DNA of 57,879 nt, counting the filler, from Squatina squatina (lineage: Eukaryota), in assembly GCA_031763465.1 (NCBI GenBank). It is 3 parts of 3 records of this genome, joined end to end, with 100 filler letters (N's around TTAATTAATTAA, not from the genome) between each part and the next. Parts side by side here need not be neighbours in the genome. Positions count along the whole stretch, not along the records: positions 1 to 20,043 come from JARFOE010000100.1; 2 more parts are not named here. One strand, written 5' to 3'. A model generated the notes under the pieces. The model did not search any database and had not been told where the DNA came from. It was given only the letters and a program-made list of their open reading frames with translations. The translations under genes were made by a program, and so were the position numbers. Positions 1 through 10,725 of this stretch are shown piece by piece (position 1 is the stretch's first letter; each line of letters opens with the position of its first letter).

Positions 1-170
1 CCTTCAATCCCATCAATTTACCGAACACCATTTCCCGACTAATGAGGATTTTCTTCAGTTCCTCCTTCTCGCGAGACCCACGGTCCCCTAGTATTTCCGG
101 GAGGTTATTTGTACCTTCCTTAGGGAAGACAGAACCAAAGTAGTTATTCAATTGGTCTGCCATTTCTCCC
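1..170 (-). mobile_element. CR1-type LINE ORF2 fragment
   Basis: Minus strand reads [18 protein letters not shown]...ILISREMVFGKLMGLK, typical of the CR1 ORF2 region upstream of the RT domain. Confidence 0.75.
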
Positions 171-204
171 CATGTCTCTCACACGCTCCATCCAGTAATC
201 TCAC

Positions 205-353
205 CTTGCTCGTCTCAGGACTGTCTGGGTCGAATTGAACCTGTTTCACTGCCAGTTCTCTTGCCGTGTCTGCATCGTAGCACAGATAAACCCTGCCGAA
301 CGCCCCCTGGCCCAGCAGCTTGCCCAGTCTCCAATTTGTGGGCGCTCTCGGAG
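205..353 (-). CDS. MAP3K2: MAP3K2 (MEKK2) internal exon, start of kinase domain
   Basis: 149-bp exon between tttgtag and gtgaga. Encodes [49 protein letters not shown] (Gly loop and catalytic Lys). RAPTNWRL and LAVK fit MAP3K2 rather than MAP3K3. Confidence 0.93.
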
Positions 354-619
354 CTACAAAGAAATATAATAGTTCTGATGAATGAGAAAGCAGAAATGCG
401 ACGATTCCCCCAAGTGTTGTCAGCCCTCACAGAATATCAAGTAGTAACATTTGCCTTTGCTTTAAAACCAAACACACGCCAAGAGTGCAACCACCTCAGC
501 GGACCGTTGCGCTGTCCTGCTTGATATCTCCGCTACAGCGCACCGCTATAATATACAAGTCCCTGTGCCCTCCCGACTGTAGAAGGGGTAAGGGAATCAT
601 GTAGTGCTTTTTAAAATTT

Positions 620-699
620 TATTCATTCTTGGGATGTGGCTGTCACTGGCAAGGCCAGCATTTATTGCCCATCCCTAATGGCCTTTGAGAAGGTGGTGA
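620..699 (-). mobile_element. 3' end of a CR1-like LINE family
   Basis: ttcttgggatgtggctgtcactggcaaggccagcatttattgcccatccctaat recurs near 24340-24410 (opposite strand), 36240-36340 and 41265-41320. Confidence 0.65.
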
Positions 700-800
700 T
701 NNNNNNNNNNNNNNNNNNNNNNNNNNNNNNNNNNNNNNNNNNNNNNNNNNNNNNNNNNNNNNNNNNNNNNNNNNNNNNNNNNNNNNNNNNNNNNNNNNNN

Positions 801-1010
801 TCAATTCATCTATCGTGTTACGAATGCTGCATGCATTCGGATAAAGAGCCTTTAATTTTGTCTTTTTGCCATTTTTCCCTCCTCTGACCTTATTTGCTGG
901 TGCACTCTTATGTTTGTACGCTCTGTCCCTTCCAGTCACACTCCGGCTATCCTTACCCATATTGCTACCCTGTACAATTGCCTGGTCCTCTCTAATATTC
1001 TAAAATCCCC
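801..1010 (-). mobile_element. CR1 ORF1/ORF2 junction fragment
   Basis: KLKALYPNACSIRNTIDEL matches the endonuclease N-terminal motif (LYLNARSIRNKxDEL). Confidence 0.7.
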
Positions 1011-1466
1011 TCACCTGAACCCTCCCCCTCACCACCACCCCCGCCATGCTTGAGGGGCCGAATGGCCTACTCCTGCTCCTAGTTCTTATGTTCTTACTAC
1101 TCTATAGTTCTTGCACATCTCTAATTTCCCTGCAAATTTGCTCCTCTATATCCTTCCCACTAGTTGGAGGCCTATAGAATACACCTAGTAGTGTAATGGC
1201 ACCTCCATTATTTCTTAACTCTAACCAAATTGATTCTTCCCTCCAGGACATCCTCCCTCTCCAGCACTAACATTTCCTTAACCAATACTGCCATCCTTCC
1301 TTTCCTTCCAGAACACCTTATGTCCAGGAATATTTAGTACCCAATCCTACCCTTTTATAAGCCAGGTCTCTGATCGCCACAACATCATATTCCCATGTGG
1401 CGATTTGCACCTGCAGCTCGCCAACCTTATTTACCACTGGTCAGCCATTACTTGCANNNNNNNNNN

Positions 1467-1672
1467 TGATGGGACAGTGTAGAGGGAGCTTTACTCTGTA
1501 TCTACTACGTGCTGTACCTGTTCGGGGCGTGTTTGATGGGACAGTGTAGAGGGAGCTTTACTCTGTATCTAATACGTGCTGTACCTGCCCTGGGAGTGTT
1601 TGATGGGACAGTGTAGAGGGAGCTTTACTCTGTATCTAATATGTGCTGTACCTGCCCTGGGAGTGTTTGATG
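1467..1672. repeat. 67-bp tandem repeat, 3 copies visible, left end in a gap
   Basis: Units beginning tgatgggacagtgtagagggagctttactctgtatct start at 1467, 1534 and 1601, with a partial unit at 1668. Confidence 0.95.
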
Positions 1673-1817
1673 CCGAAGCTGTGGTACCTGAAATGAAGAG
1701 CGTTTCATGCCCAGCACTGACCTTTCTCACCTTTAGGAGTTCAAAAATCCAGACACAAAATAAAATAAAAACGAGATTGAAATGAAAACCAGATAGGCAG
1801 GTGCGACATATAAAAGA

Positions 1818-1823
1818 TTTATT
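1818..1823 (-). promoter_or_regulatory. Poly(A) signal of ARPC2
   Basis: AATAAA on the minus strand about 360 nt downstream of the ARPC2 stop. Confidence 0.65.
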
Positions 1824-2181
1824 CTTTTGGAAGTGCTTACAGTCTCCGCCTCTCCTCCTGTTGCACAGTCCTAGGCGGATTGGAGAGCCAGATACCGAAT
1901 CAATGTGTTAATGGCTGTGCAAAGCAACAGCAAAACGTTAGTGGGCAGGGAGAGGAAGTGGTTGAAAGATGGAAGGGTTTTCTATTCATTATACGGGTCC
2001 CTTGAACACCATGAGGAGGGCAGGAAGTTAATGCAAGCAAAGCTTGGCTGAGAATCGCTCTCAAATTAATGAGATGAAAGAAATAATCCACGCTCGCTCT
2101 TGATGAGGGTCCAAATGACCCTTCGCTGGAGTTCCGTGGGGGCATCCTGAGCTTTGGACTCTTAATGACCTGAAGGTTTAA

Positions 2182-2206
2182 TTATCGGGCTGAAAAGGTC
2201 TTCCCC
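2182..2206 (-). CDS. ARPC2: ARPC2 last coding exon
   Basis: ccacag|G GGG AAG ACC TTT TCA GCC CGA TAA = (T)GKTFSAR*, matching the ARPC2 C-terminus GKTFSSR. Confidence 0.88.
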
Positions 2207-3224
2207 CTGTGGATTGAATGGGACAACAGGATAAATATAAGTTGCACCGGCACCAGCCCCGTCCCTCCCCCTCACCAAGGGACCAGCCCCACTGCTCACC
2301 ACAGTTCCATCCCTCACCACCCATTCCCCCCCACTGCCCAAGTTGTAATGTGTTACAGAAAAGATTCCCTCACTCCCGCTGCCCGTGCTGTGCGAGAGGT
2401 CAGACTAATCGTCGCTTCAAGGAGTTTTGTCATCGTGCACCACACGGAGAACAAACTGTTGGTGGCGACCACTGCAATTCGGCCTTTTATTGTCATCATC
2501 CCTCCAGTGGGTTCCAACAGCACAAGCAAGGCGCCCAGCAGTCAGCCCGCCCCAGTAACCAGCCTCGCGTCCAGCACCACCCGCCCAGCAACCAGCGATC
2601 CCGTCCCCCCACAAACCCCAACAGCCAGCCCTAATCCCCAGCTGCCCCCACAGCACGCCCTGCCACCTTGCCCCCGCTCAGGAAGCAGAACAGTCAAAAG
2701 CAGTAGAGGGCTCTCCCCTCGAAAAAGGGCCGTAAACCTGAATTTCTGTTTGTGAACTACAAAACAGTGAACCCTCAGCGCTCTCCACTTGCAGGTTTTT
2801 CACCCCTTCTCCAGACTTCCTGCTCCTCCAGACCCTGACCCCCACACCCACCTGGTACCTGAGCCAAGTAACAGGTCTTCACAGGTGAGCCCAGCAGACA
2901 CCTGCCAGCTATGCATTCCACTGTGGGGGACCAGACCCTGTTCTCACTCAGCGAGGAGAGTGTTCGACAGCTGTGGAGTGTGAACTCATTTCTCTCTCCC
3001 GTCTAGCTCAGGGATTGAGCCTTATTACAGCACAACTGCTGCGCTGCCCGAGTACAGAGCAGGGATGGAAGCCTGATTTAGATCACGGGCCTCGCTGTAC
3101 TGGGCTGTGATCTCTGCACTCAGGCCCTGCGGGAGCAGGGTGTTTTACTGTAACTACTTATTTCCGTGAGACCAGCTTGCAGGGGAAGAGTACTACACTC
3201 CAGTAACCTCCCTGTATCACTCAC

Positions 3225-3361
3225 GCGTGTATCTATCTGAAGACCTGACACTCCTGGACTGCACTGCACTGTCTGTCCACTCTCTAGGCACTGTAGCTAT
3301 CGGACTATCGCCAAAGGCACTCTGCTGCATAAAGCCAGAGTAGAGTCTGCCATGGAAACAC
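3225..3361 (-). other. Candidate alternative exon in the last ARPC2 intron
   Basis: Strong acceptor (ttgtttatttctcccttccccctag) and GTGAGT donor; 137 bp; open in the phase-2 frame. Confidence 0.4.
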
Positions 3362-3450
3362 CTAGGGGGAAGGGAGAAATAAACAAGCACCATAACACAT
3401 AAAGCAACATGCCACAGGTAGAGCTGGATGCAGTGTACACACATGCTGTT

Positions 3451-3576
3451 TGTCACTATAACACTGGGGTACAGTACTGGTGGGTACAGGCCTGTCACAG
3501 TATAACACTGGGGTACAGTACTGGTGGGTACAGGCCTGTCATTGTATAACACTGGGGTACAGTACTGGTGGGTACA
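3451..3576. repeat. 44-bp tandem repeat, about 3 copies, runs into a gap
   Basis: Unit tataacactggggtacagtactggtgggtacaggcctgtcacag at 3457, 3501 and 3545. Confidence 0.95.
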
Positions 3577-3975
3577 NNNNNNNNNNNNNNNNNNNNNNNN
3601 NNNNNNNNNNNNNNNNNNNNNNNNNNNNNNNNNNNNNNNNNNNNNNNNNNNNNNNNNNNNNNNNNNNNNNNNNNNNTGGGGGCGCTGGGAGCCCGGGGCC
3701 CCCTTCCCCAAACAAAACTGTTGAGTAATCTTCTGAAGTTGTGGGTTTGGGCCAAGAACAGCAAGTGAGTGAGGTGCTGAGGTGAGATCCAACAGGATCG
3801 CGTGGCTTAGGAGAGCAATGGGAAGGTGGGGGGTGAGCAGGGGATTGGCTAGTTAGTCAGCATCAAGGCTGCACGCTGACTGGACAGGAGTGCTGGGACA
3901 GGACTGGACCCAGCTTTCCGATGGTACGAATCTTGCCCAGACCAGTGGCTGTGTCCCAGCCCCTCGAACACTCAC

Positions 3976-4162
3976 AGGGTCTCGTCCTCACGGTAGTGGA
4001 TCAGCGCTCGTCTCTCTCCTTCCTTTCCCTCCGCCTGGAAGTTGAAGTACTTCTCGAAGACAGAGGCGAAGCAATTCCTTTTCAGCAAGCCGGCCTGATG
4101 CACCACCTCAGCCTTGTTGGGTGGAATGTTTTCCAGATCAAACAGCAGAGATACATTGTACC
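3976..4162 (-). CDS. ARPC2: ARPC2 internal exon
   Basis: 187 bp with tag and gtgag boundaries. Encodes [61 protein letters not shown]. Confidence 0.97.
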
Positions 4163-4513
4163 CTACGGAGGACAAACGGAGACCTCAGCACAGTCAAAAA
4201 CTACAGGAGCTAAGATCGTTCCATTCTGGGAACGTGGGTCAGACACCGTCAGGGAATATTTACAGCACAGAAACAGGCCATTCAGCCCAATGGGTCCATA
4301 CTGCTGTTTATGCTCCACACGAGCCTCCTCCCACCCGTCTTAATCGAACCCCATCAACATATCACAGGATCACAGGATATACGGAACAGAAACAGGCCAT
4401 TCGGCCCAACCAGNNNNNNNNNNNNNNNNNNNNNNNNNNNNNNNNNNNNNNNNNNNNNNNNNNNNNNNNNNNNNNNNNNNNNNNNNNNNNNNNNNNNNNN
4501 NNNNNNNNNNNNN

Positions 4514-4730
4514 TGGCGGCCGTGCCTTGAGCTGCCCTAAGCTCTGGAATGCTCTTAAACCCCTCTCTCTCCTCCTTTAAGATGCTCCTTAAAATCTTTG
4601 AACAAGTTTTTGGTCAGCTGTTCTAATATCTCATGTGACTCGGTGTCAAATTTTCTTTGATGACACTCCTGTGAAACGCCTTGGGACATTTTACTACGGT
4701 AAAAGCACTATACAAATACAAGTGGTTGTT
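4514..4730 (+). mobile_element. L2-type LINE 3' end
   Basis: ggcggccgtgccttgagctgccctaagctctggaat...gtgaaacgccttgggacattttactacggtaaaagcactatacaaat is a typical L2 tail. Confidence 0.65.
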
Positions 4731-4777
4731 AATAATCGGGAGCGACATCCTTCACACCCCAACCCGGATACACTCAC

Positions 4778-4890
4778 CTCATCCGCTCCATGATCCTGCA
4801 GCTCTTTGTAGAACTTCAGGGCAATGCTGACCATCACCTTGGTCTTGTCCCCATTTGGGTTGGAAATGTGGTAAAGGACGCCATCGAAAT
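4778..4890 (-). CDS. ARPC2: ARPC2 internal exon
   Basis: 113 bp with cag and gtgag boundaries. Encodes (D)[37 protein letters not shown]. Confidence 0.97.
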
Positions 4891-5468
4891 CTGCAGCAAA
4901 ATGGAAACGCGTGAGAAACTCCCAAAGGAATGTCTCGACACTGACCGTTCAATGATCCCCCACCCCCAGAGGATCACCCCGTCCCTTCCAGCCCACCCCA
5001 CGTGCCAGAGACAGACAGACTGCCCAGTGCCTCCGTTCTGCATGTTATCCTAGAATCTTAAGAGCACAGAAAGGGGCCAATGATATTACAGCCCGGCCCA
5101 ATGCCCTGTCCTGGACCCCACCTGAAGCACTGGATAGCCTTCCGGAATAGGAACATTTCCCTCCAGCGTTCGGGGAGTTCAGACAATTGTAGCGTCCTGA
5201 TCCCTGCCCACTGCAAACTGAGCAAAGAGTGGAAACCAAAGCAGAGCCTGCCAGCTCCATACGGGGCAATCGTGGCACAGCTCAACCCAGCGGCCCACTC
5301 GTTGCGCTGGGAGTCGGGCGCGGCCCAAGCTCCCACACGGGGTCAGAAGCAGCCCGTGCGGAACCCATGCATTAACAGTGCAACCGTGGCCTCTGCCACT
5401 CATGTCAGCCCCGGGTTACAGAGTTACATGCTAATGTCAGCAGTAATATACCGCTGGGTAAAGCTTAC

Positions 5469-5503
5469 CTGCAAAAGTGACTTCCACCGTGTCAGGCTTG
5501 TTG
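5469..5503 (-). CDS. ARPC2: ARPC2 small internal exon
   Basis: 35 bp with cag and gtaag boundaries. Encodes NKPDTVEVTFA (human NKPEAVEVTFA); phase joins the next exon. Confidence 0.93.
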
Positions 5504-5740
5504 CTGCAAACAGCATACGTGTGTTACTACAGTTCACTCTTCTTTCAATAGATTGTGACCCCCAATAACCTAAGGTTTTCCTCTGTCCTTGGATACCAGC
5601 CACTCAAATAGGAAAAAACAGCCACAGACACTTCCTTTGANNNNNNNNNNNNNNNNNNNNNNNNNNNNNNNNNNNNNNNNNNNNNNNNNNNNNNNNNNNN
5701 NNNNNNNNNNNNNNNNNNNNNNNNNNNNNNNNNNNNNNNN

Positions 5741-6293
5741 AGAGATGGGAGGGCAGGAGATGTGTTGCAGCTGTAGCATGTGGGAGCTGCGGGACACTGG
5801 TGTGATCCATGGCAATCACATCTGCAGTGAGTGTATTAAGTGTCTGCAGCTCGAGGAACTTAAACTCAGAGTTGATGAGCTGCAGTCTTTGCAATGCATC
5901 TGGGAGGGAGGGAGTTACCTGGACACTTTGCTCCAGGAGGCAGTCTCACCCCTTAGGTTTAATACTTCAGATTTGGCCCGTGGTCAGGGACAAGAGGTTG
6001 TGACCATGAGTGAGGCAGGTGTGGGACTCCAGAAGGTAGCACTGGAGGAGCCTTGCACTTGTGCAACAGTTACAAGGTTCTCGCAAGCTGTATGGATGAG
6101 AGCAGGGATTGCAGGGAGGATGAGCAAACAGACCACGGTACCGTGATACAGGGGGCCATTCAAGTGGGATGAGTAAAAAGGAATGTAGTAGTGGGAGGGG
6201 GCAGTATAGGGACATAGATACTGTTCTCTGCAGCCGAGAGAGTGAGTCCCGAAGGCTGTGTTGCTTGCCCAGTGCCAGGGTTAAGGACACCTC
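5741..6293 (+). mobile_element. CR1 ORF1 remnant (Cys-rich region plus esterase-like region)
   Basis: CCSCSMWE...HICSECIKCLQLEELKLRVDEL and RLCCLPSARVKD (compare CR1 ORF1 VCCLPGARVRD); frameshifted. Confidence 0.75.
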
Positions 6294-6393
6294 NNNNNNN
6301 NNNNNNNNNNNNNNNNNNNNNNNNNNNNNNNNNNNNNNNNNNNNNNNNNNNNNNNNNNNNNNNNNNNNNNNNNNNNNNNNNNNNNNNNNNNNN

Positions 6394-7110
6394 GCCAACT
6401 TGCCCCCGCCACACAACACCGCCCCCCCGACTATCAACATCCAATATGAGACCTTGGACAACGTGGATCACTTTCCATATCTTGGGAGTCTTCTTTCAGC
6501 AAGGGCAGACATTGATGATGAAAACGAACACTGCCTCCAGTGTACCAATGCAGCTGAGGAAAAAAGTGTTCCAAGATCCAGGACCTCAAACCCGGCACCA
6601 AGTTCATGGTCTACAGAGAAGCAGTGATATCTACCCTTGTGTATGCTTCGGAGACATGGACAACATACAGCAGGCACCTCAAAGGACTGGAAAAGTACCA
6701 CCACTGCTGCCTTGCAAAATCCAACAAATTCACTGGCAGGATAGGCGTACAAATGTCAGTGTCCTCTCTCAGGCCAACATCTCCAGTATCGAAGCATTGA
6801 CCACGATCAATCTGCTCCGATGGGCGGGCGGGCCACATTGTCCATCTGCCTAACACAAGACTCCCGAAACAAGCACTCTACTCGAGCTCCGTCACGGCAA
6901 GCGATTACTAGGAGGGCAGGGAAAATGCTTCAAGGACGTCCTCAAAGCCTCCTTGAAAAAATGTAACATCCTCATCGACTCATGGGAATCCCTGGCCCAA
7001 GACTGCTCAAACTGGAGGAGAAGCATTCGAGAAGGCCCCGAACACTTTGAGTTTATTCGACGGGAGCAAGTGGAGGTCAAGCCCAAACAGTGGAAGGACC
7101 GTGCGACAAT
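6394..7110 (+). mobile_element. RTE-clade LINE, 3' part of ORF, degenerate
   Basis: VDHFPYLGSLLS, VYREAVISTLVYASETWT, IHWQDRRTNVSVL, LRWAG and RLPKQAL motifs spread across frameshifts. Confidence 0.8.
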
Positions 7111-7266
7111 CTGAGATCATTTATTAAACCTGCCTCATTACACATCACCCGATCTAGGATAGCCTGNNNNNNNNNNNNNNNNNNNNNNNNNNNNNNNNNN
7201 NNNNNNNNNNNNNNNNNNNNNNNNNNNNNNNNNNNNNNNNNNNNNNNNNNNNNNNNNNNNNNNNNN

Positions 7267-7453
7267 CGAAGATCTCAGCCTTGTGGATGCTCCACAGTGA
7301 TTCCAGCCGCAGCTCCAGATCCGAAACGTGGATTTCGAGTAGCTGCAGCTGGAGACACTTCCTATGCACGTGTTCGCCCTGGACACTGGAAGTCTCCCTA
7401 GCTTCCCATATTGCATAGGAGGTGCATTCCACGCGGCCCAGCTGTCCTGCCAT
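7267..7453 (-). mobile_element. CR1 ORF1 N-terminal remnant
   Basis: VECTSYAIWE...HVHRKCLQLQLLEIHVSDLELRLESL, similar to the copy at 5741. Confidence 0.7.
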
Positions 7454-7796
7454 GTCTTACCATGAATTGAGTGGGATGTAAAGGTAACCGCAACATTCCT
7501 GCTGGGTCGATTAGGTGTATCTTCAAGAGAGGAGAGCAAAAAACATTTCTATTATGAGTGGATATGGGCACATATCACATGAAGATCACAAAAAGCACTT
7601 GTTTCTGTGGGGGCTCTCCCACCGCAACTTCGGTGGAAGTTCAGCGGATACCCGGAGAAATGGGAAATTAGGTGAACCCGCCTCTCCCACCGAATTTTTA
7701 CCTCGTCATGTTTAACAGATATTTTTGACATAACTGTACAAATTACAGGTTGGTTTTACTCTCATTTCCTGATCTGCTTTTTGTTTCTTTCAGAAA

Positions 7797-8855
7797 ATGT
7801 TTGCTCGAAAATTCCAACTGGGCAATTCCCGAAATAAAACGGACTATTTTGAATATTACACTCCTGATCCAAACACAATTCCCTGTACACCAGTGATAAA
7901 TCATTCAACCGACATGGCACTGGCTGCTGTCTATAGCCTGGTGTGTTTCCTCGCTGTGGCAGGGAACATGGTCGTAATGATCGTCCTACTTTACAATCGA
8001 CGCACAATATCGTCCACGGACATCTACCTGCTTCATCTGGCCGTAGCCGATCTGCTCTTTGCCGTGACCTTGCCCTTTTGGGCAGTGGATGCCACATCTG
8101 GGTGGGTGTTTGGTGATGCCATGTGTAAGATTATCAGCATGTTACAGGAAGTTAACTTTTACAGTGGCATTCTGTTGCTGGCTTGTATCAGTATCGACCG
8201 CTATCTGGCCATTGTCCACTCTGCACAGTCCCATAAGCAGAAGAGACCGTTTCTAATCAAGCTGGTCTGTGCTGCTGTTTGGGTGCTGGCCATTGTTCTG
8301 TCTTTACCTATTCTGTACAAGGGTGAATACACGCCACCCAGTTCCAACAGAACGATGTGTTATGAGAAACTTGATGGCCAATCGGGTGAAATGTGGAGAG
8401 TAGCCACCAGGTTTACACGCCACTTTATTGGGTTCCTCATCCCACTGGTTATCATGATCTTCTGCTACAGTGTGACGATCCATAAACTGTGTCAAACGAA
8501 GGGATTCCAGAAACAGAAAGCCATGAAGGTCATCATAGCGGTCGTGCTGGCCTTTCTCATTTGTTGGCTGCCGCACAATCTTACTGTGTTCATCGACACG
8601 CTGATGAGGAGCAAACTCATTGATGAGACTTGTGACAGGCAGAATAATATCGACAGAGCTCTGTCTGTAACCCAAATTTTGGGATTCCTGCACAGTTGCA
8701 TTAACCCAATCTTATACGCCTTCATCGGGGTGAAATTCAGGAGGAACCTGGTCAACCTCTTGGCTACGAAAGGAATTAAACAAAGTGGAGATTCACAGTA
8801 CGGGAGATCTGTATCCTCCTCCTCTGAATCTGGGCTCATTCCAAGCACCATATAG
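7797..8855 (+). CDS. CXCR1: CXC chemokine receptor of the CXCR1/CXCR2 (IL-8 receptor) group, intact 352-aa ORF in one exon
   Basis: Seven TM helices with GN, LAVAD, TLPFW, SIDRY, CWLP and HSCINPILY; acidic Tyr-rich N-terminus; Ser-rich tail. Acceptor tttctttcag ends at 7793 and AATAAA lies at 8899-8904. Head-to-head with ARPC2, like human CXCR1. CXCR1 versus CXCR2 is not resolvable by eye. Confidence 0.9.
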   Translation: MFARKFQLGNSRNKTDYFEYYTPDPNTIPCTPVINHSTDMALAAVYSLVCFLAVAGNMVVMIVLLYNRRTISSTDIYLLHLAVADLLFAVTLPFWAVDATSGWVFGDAMCKIISMLQEVNFYSGILLLACISIDRYLAIVHSAQSHKQKRPFLIKLVCAAVWVLAIVLSLPILYKGEYTPPSSNRTMCYEKLDGQSGEMWRVATRFTRHFIGFLIPLVIMIFCYSVTIHKLCQTKGFQKQKAMKVIIAVVLAFLICWLPHNLTVFIDTLMRSKLIDETCDRQNNIDRALSVTQILGFLHSCINPILYAFIGVKFRRNLVNLLATKGIKQSGDSQYGRSVSSSSESGLIPSTI

Positions 8856-9210
8856 ACTCCTTGTGAGAGAGATACTTCAACCAATCAGGAAGATTGCAAA
8901 TAAAAAACATCAATAAGTGAATGGATGAGCTATTTCAGAAGTAAATCATTGTGTAACAGTGCTGTGTAGGATTCAGGTGTAAACAGCAAAGAAGCTGTTT
9001 CCCAGATGGTTTATTGTGTCTGTATCCAACGCACGTTCGTCGAAAATAAGGCTTGTGTGATTTCAGTCCTGGGGCTCTGCACCCAACGATACACCAATTT
9101 CCACTGAACCATCCACTCCATAATGTTCTGATTATGTACAATTGATATGTATATTCTTCAGTCACTGAATATCCACAAGGATCATTAACTTCACAGTTTT
9201 TGTCCTGAAT

Positions 9211-9840
9211 TATAGAATTGTACAGCACAGAAGGAGGCCAGTCGGCCCATCGTGCCTGTGCTGACTCTTTGAAAGAGCGATCCAATTAGTCCCACTCCCT
9301 CAGCTCTTTCCCCAGAGCCCTGCAAATCTTTCCACTTCAAGGTTTTAGACAAATTGCTTTAGAAAGTTACAACTGAATCTGCTTCCACNNNNNNNNNNTT
9401 TCAGGCAGTGCATTCCAGGTCATAACAACTCGCTGCATAAAAAGATTTCTTCTCACCTCCCCTCTGGCCTTTTCGTGAGTTACCTTAAATCTGTGTCCTC
9501 TCATCACTGGATCTCCAGTCAGTCGAGCTGGTTTCTCCCTGTTTACACTATTATAACCCCTCATAATTTTGAACATCTCGATTAAATCTCCCCCGAACAT
9601 TCTCTGCTCTAAGGTGAGGCTTTCCACATAACCAAAGTCCCTCATCCCCGGTACCACTCGAGTAAATCTACTCTGCAGCCTCTCCAAGGCCTTGACATCC
9701 TTCCTAAAGCCTGGTGCCCAGAATTGAACACCAACTGGGGACGAATCAGTGTCTTCTAAAGGTTTAGACGAACCTTTCGTACTCCATGCCTGTATAATAA
9801 AGCCAAAGTTCCCAGAAGCTTTTTTCATGGCCTTATCAAC
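9211..9840 (-). mobile_element. CR1 LINE 3' end
   Basis: VQFWAPGFRKDVKALERLQSRFTRVVPGM...RGHRFKV...QRVVMTWNALPE followed by a CR1 3' UTR. Confidence 0.85.
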
Positions 9841-10006
9841 TTGTCACTCCACCATCAAAGCTTCGTGTATGTACACCACCGGGTCTCTGCAGCCCTTTTA
9901 AAATTGNNNNNNNNNNNNNNNNNNNNNNNNNNNNNNNNNNNNNNNNNNNNNNNNNNNNNNNNNNNNNNNNNNNNNNNNNNNNNNNNNNNNNNNNNNNNNN
10001 NNNNNN

Positions 10007-10256
10007 ATTGCTTCCTATCACGATTCTATTTTTTTCTCCCCTTGTCCAGTCTTTTCCCACCTACATTCAGGATCTTCCGACGCCCTCCGTCACTTCAACA
10101 GTTTCCACTTTCCTGGCCATAGCCGACTTCTTTTCGCCATGGCTATCCAATCTCTCTACACCTCCATCCCTCAACAGGATGGCCTGAAGTCACTCCACTT
10201 CTTCCTTGAACAGAGACCCAACCAGTCCCCATCCACCACCATCCTCCTCTGCCTGG
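10007..10256 (+). mobile_element. Penelope-like element RT fragment
   Basis: LLFAMAIQSLYTSIPQQDGLKSLHFFLEQRPNQSPSTTILLCLA resembles the PLE RT motif MDVxSLYTSIP. Confidence 0.75.
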
Positions 10257-10725
10257 CATTCCAGATCCTAACCACTCGCTGCGTAAACGTTTTTTTATTG
10301 CCAATCACCTTAAAGCTGTGTCCTCTGCTTCACAACCCTTCTGCCAANNNNNNNNNNTCTACTCTGTCTAGACCCATCATGATTTTGAACACCTGTATCA
10401 GATCTCCCCTCAAACTTCTCTACTCCATGGAGAACAACCCCAGCTTCTCTAGTCTAGCTACGACATCCGCTGGTTCCCCTTTATCTGCCCTGTTAGTTAC
10501 ATCCTCAAAAAACTCAATAAATTAGTTAAACACGATTTCCATTTCATAAAAGCATGTTGACTCTGTCTAATTATATCTTGATTTTCTATGTGCCCTGTTG
10601 CCACTTCCTTAATAATGGATTCCAGCATTTTTCTAATGACTGATATCAGGCTAACTGGCCTGTAGTTCCTTGTTTTCTCTCTCGCTCCTTTTTTGAATAG
10701 CGGGGTTACATTTGCTACCTTCCAA
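10257..10725 (-). mobile_element. CR1 fragments (3' end and RT region)
   Basis: LEGSKCNPAIQKRSERENKELQAS is a frameshifted WKVANVTPLFKK...NYRPVSL motif. Confidence 0.7.

Noticed and set aside
4163-4777. Apparent loss of an ARPC2 exon (and of the exons between 2206 and 3976)
   Set aside because: Gaps at 4414-4513 and 3577-3676 fall where they are expected, so this is not evidence of pseudogenisation.
5589-6853. ORF-track entries running through X stretches
   Set aside because: They span assembly gaps and join unrelated LINE fragments.
8304-8884. Antisense ORFs over the CXCR (likewise over ZNF142, GPR3, TFEC and ARPC2)
   Set aside because: Shadow frames of real coding sequence, with no independent signals.
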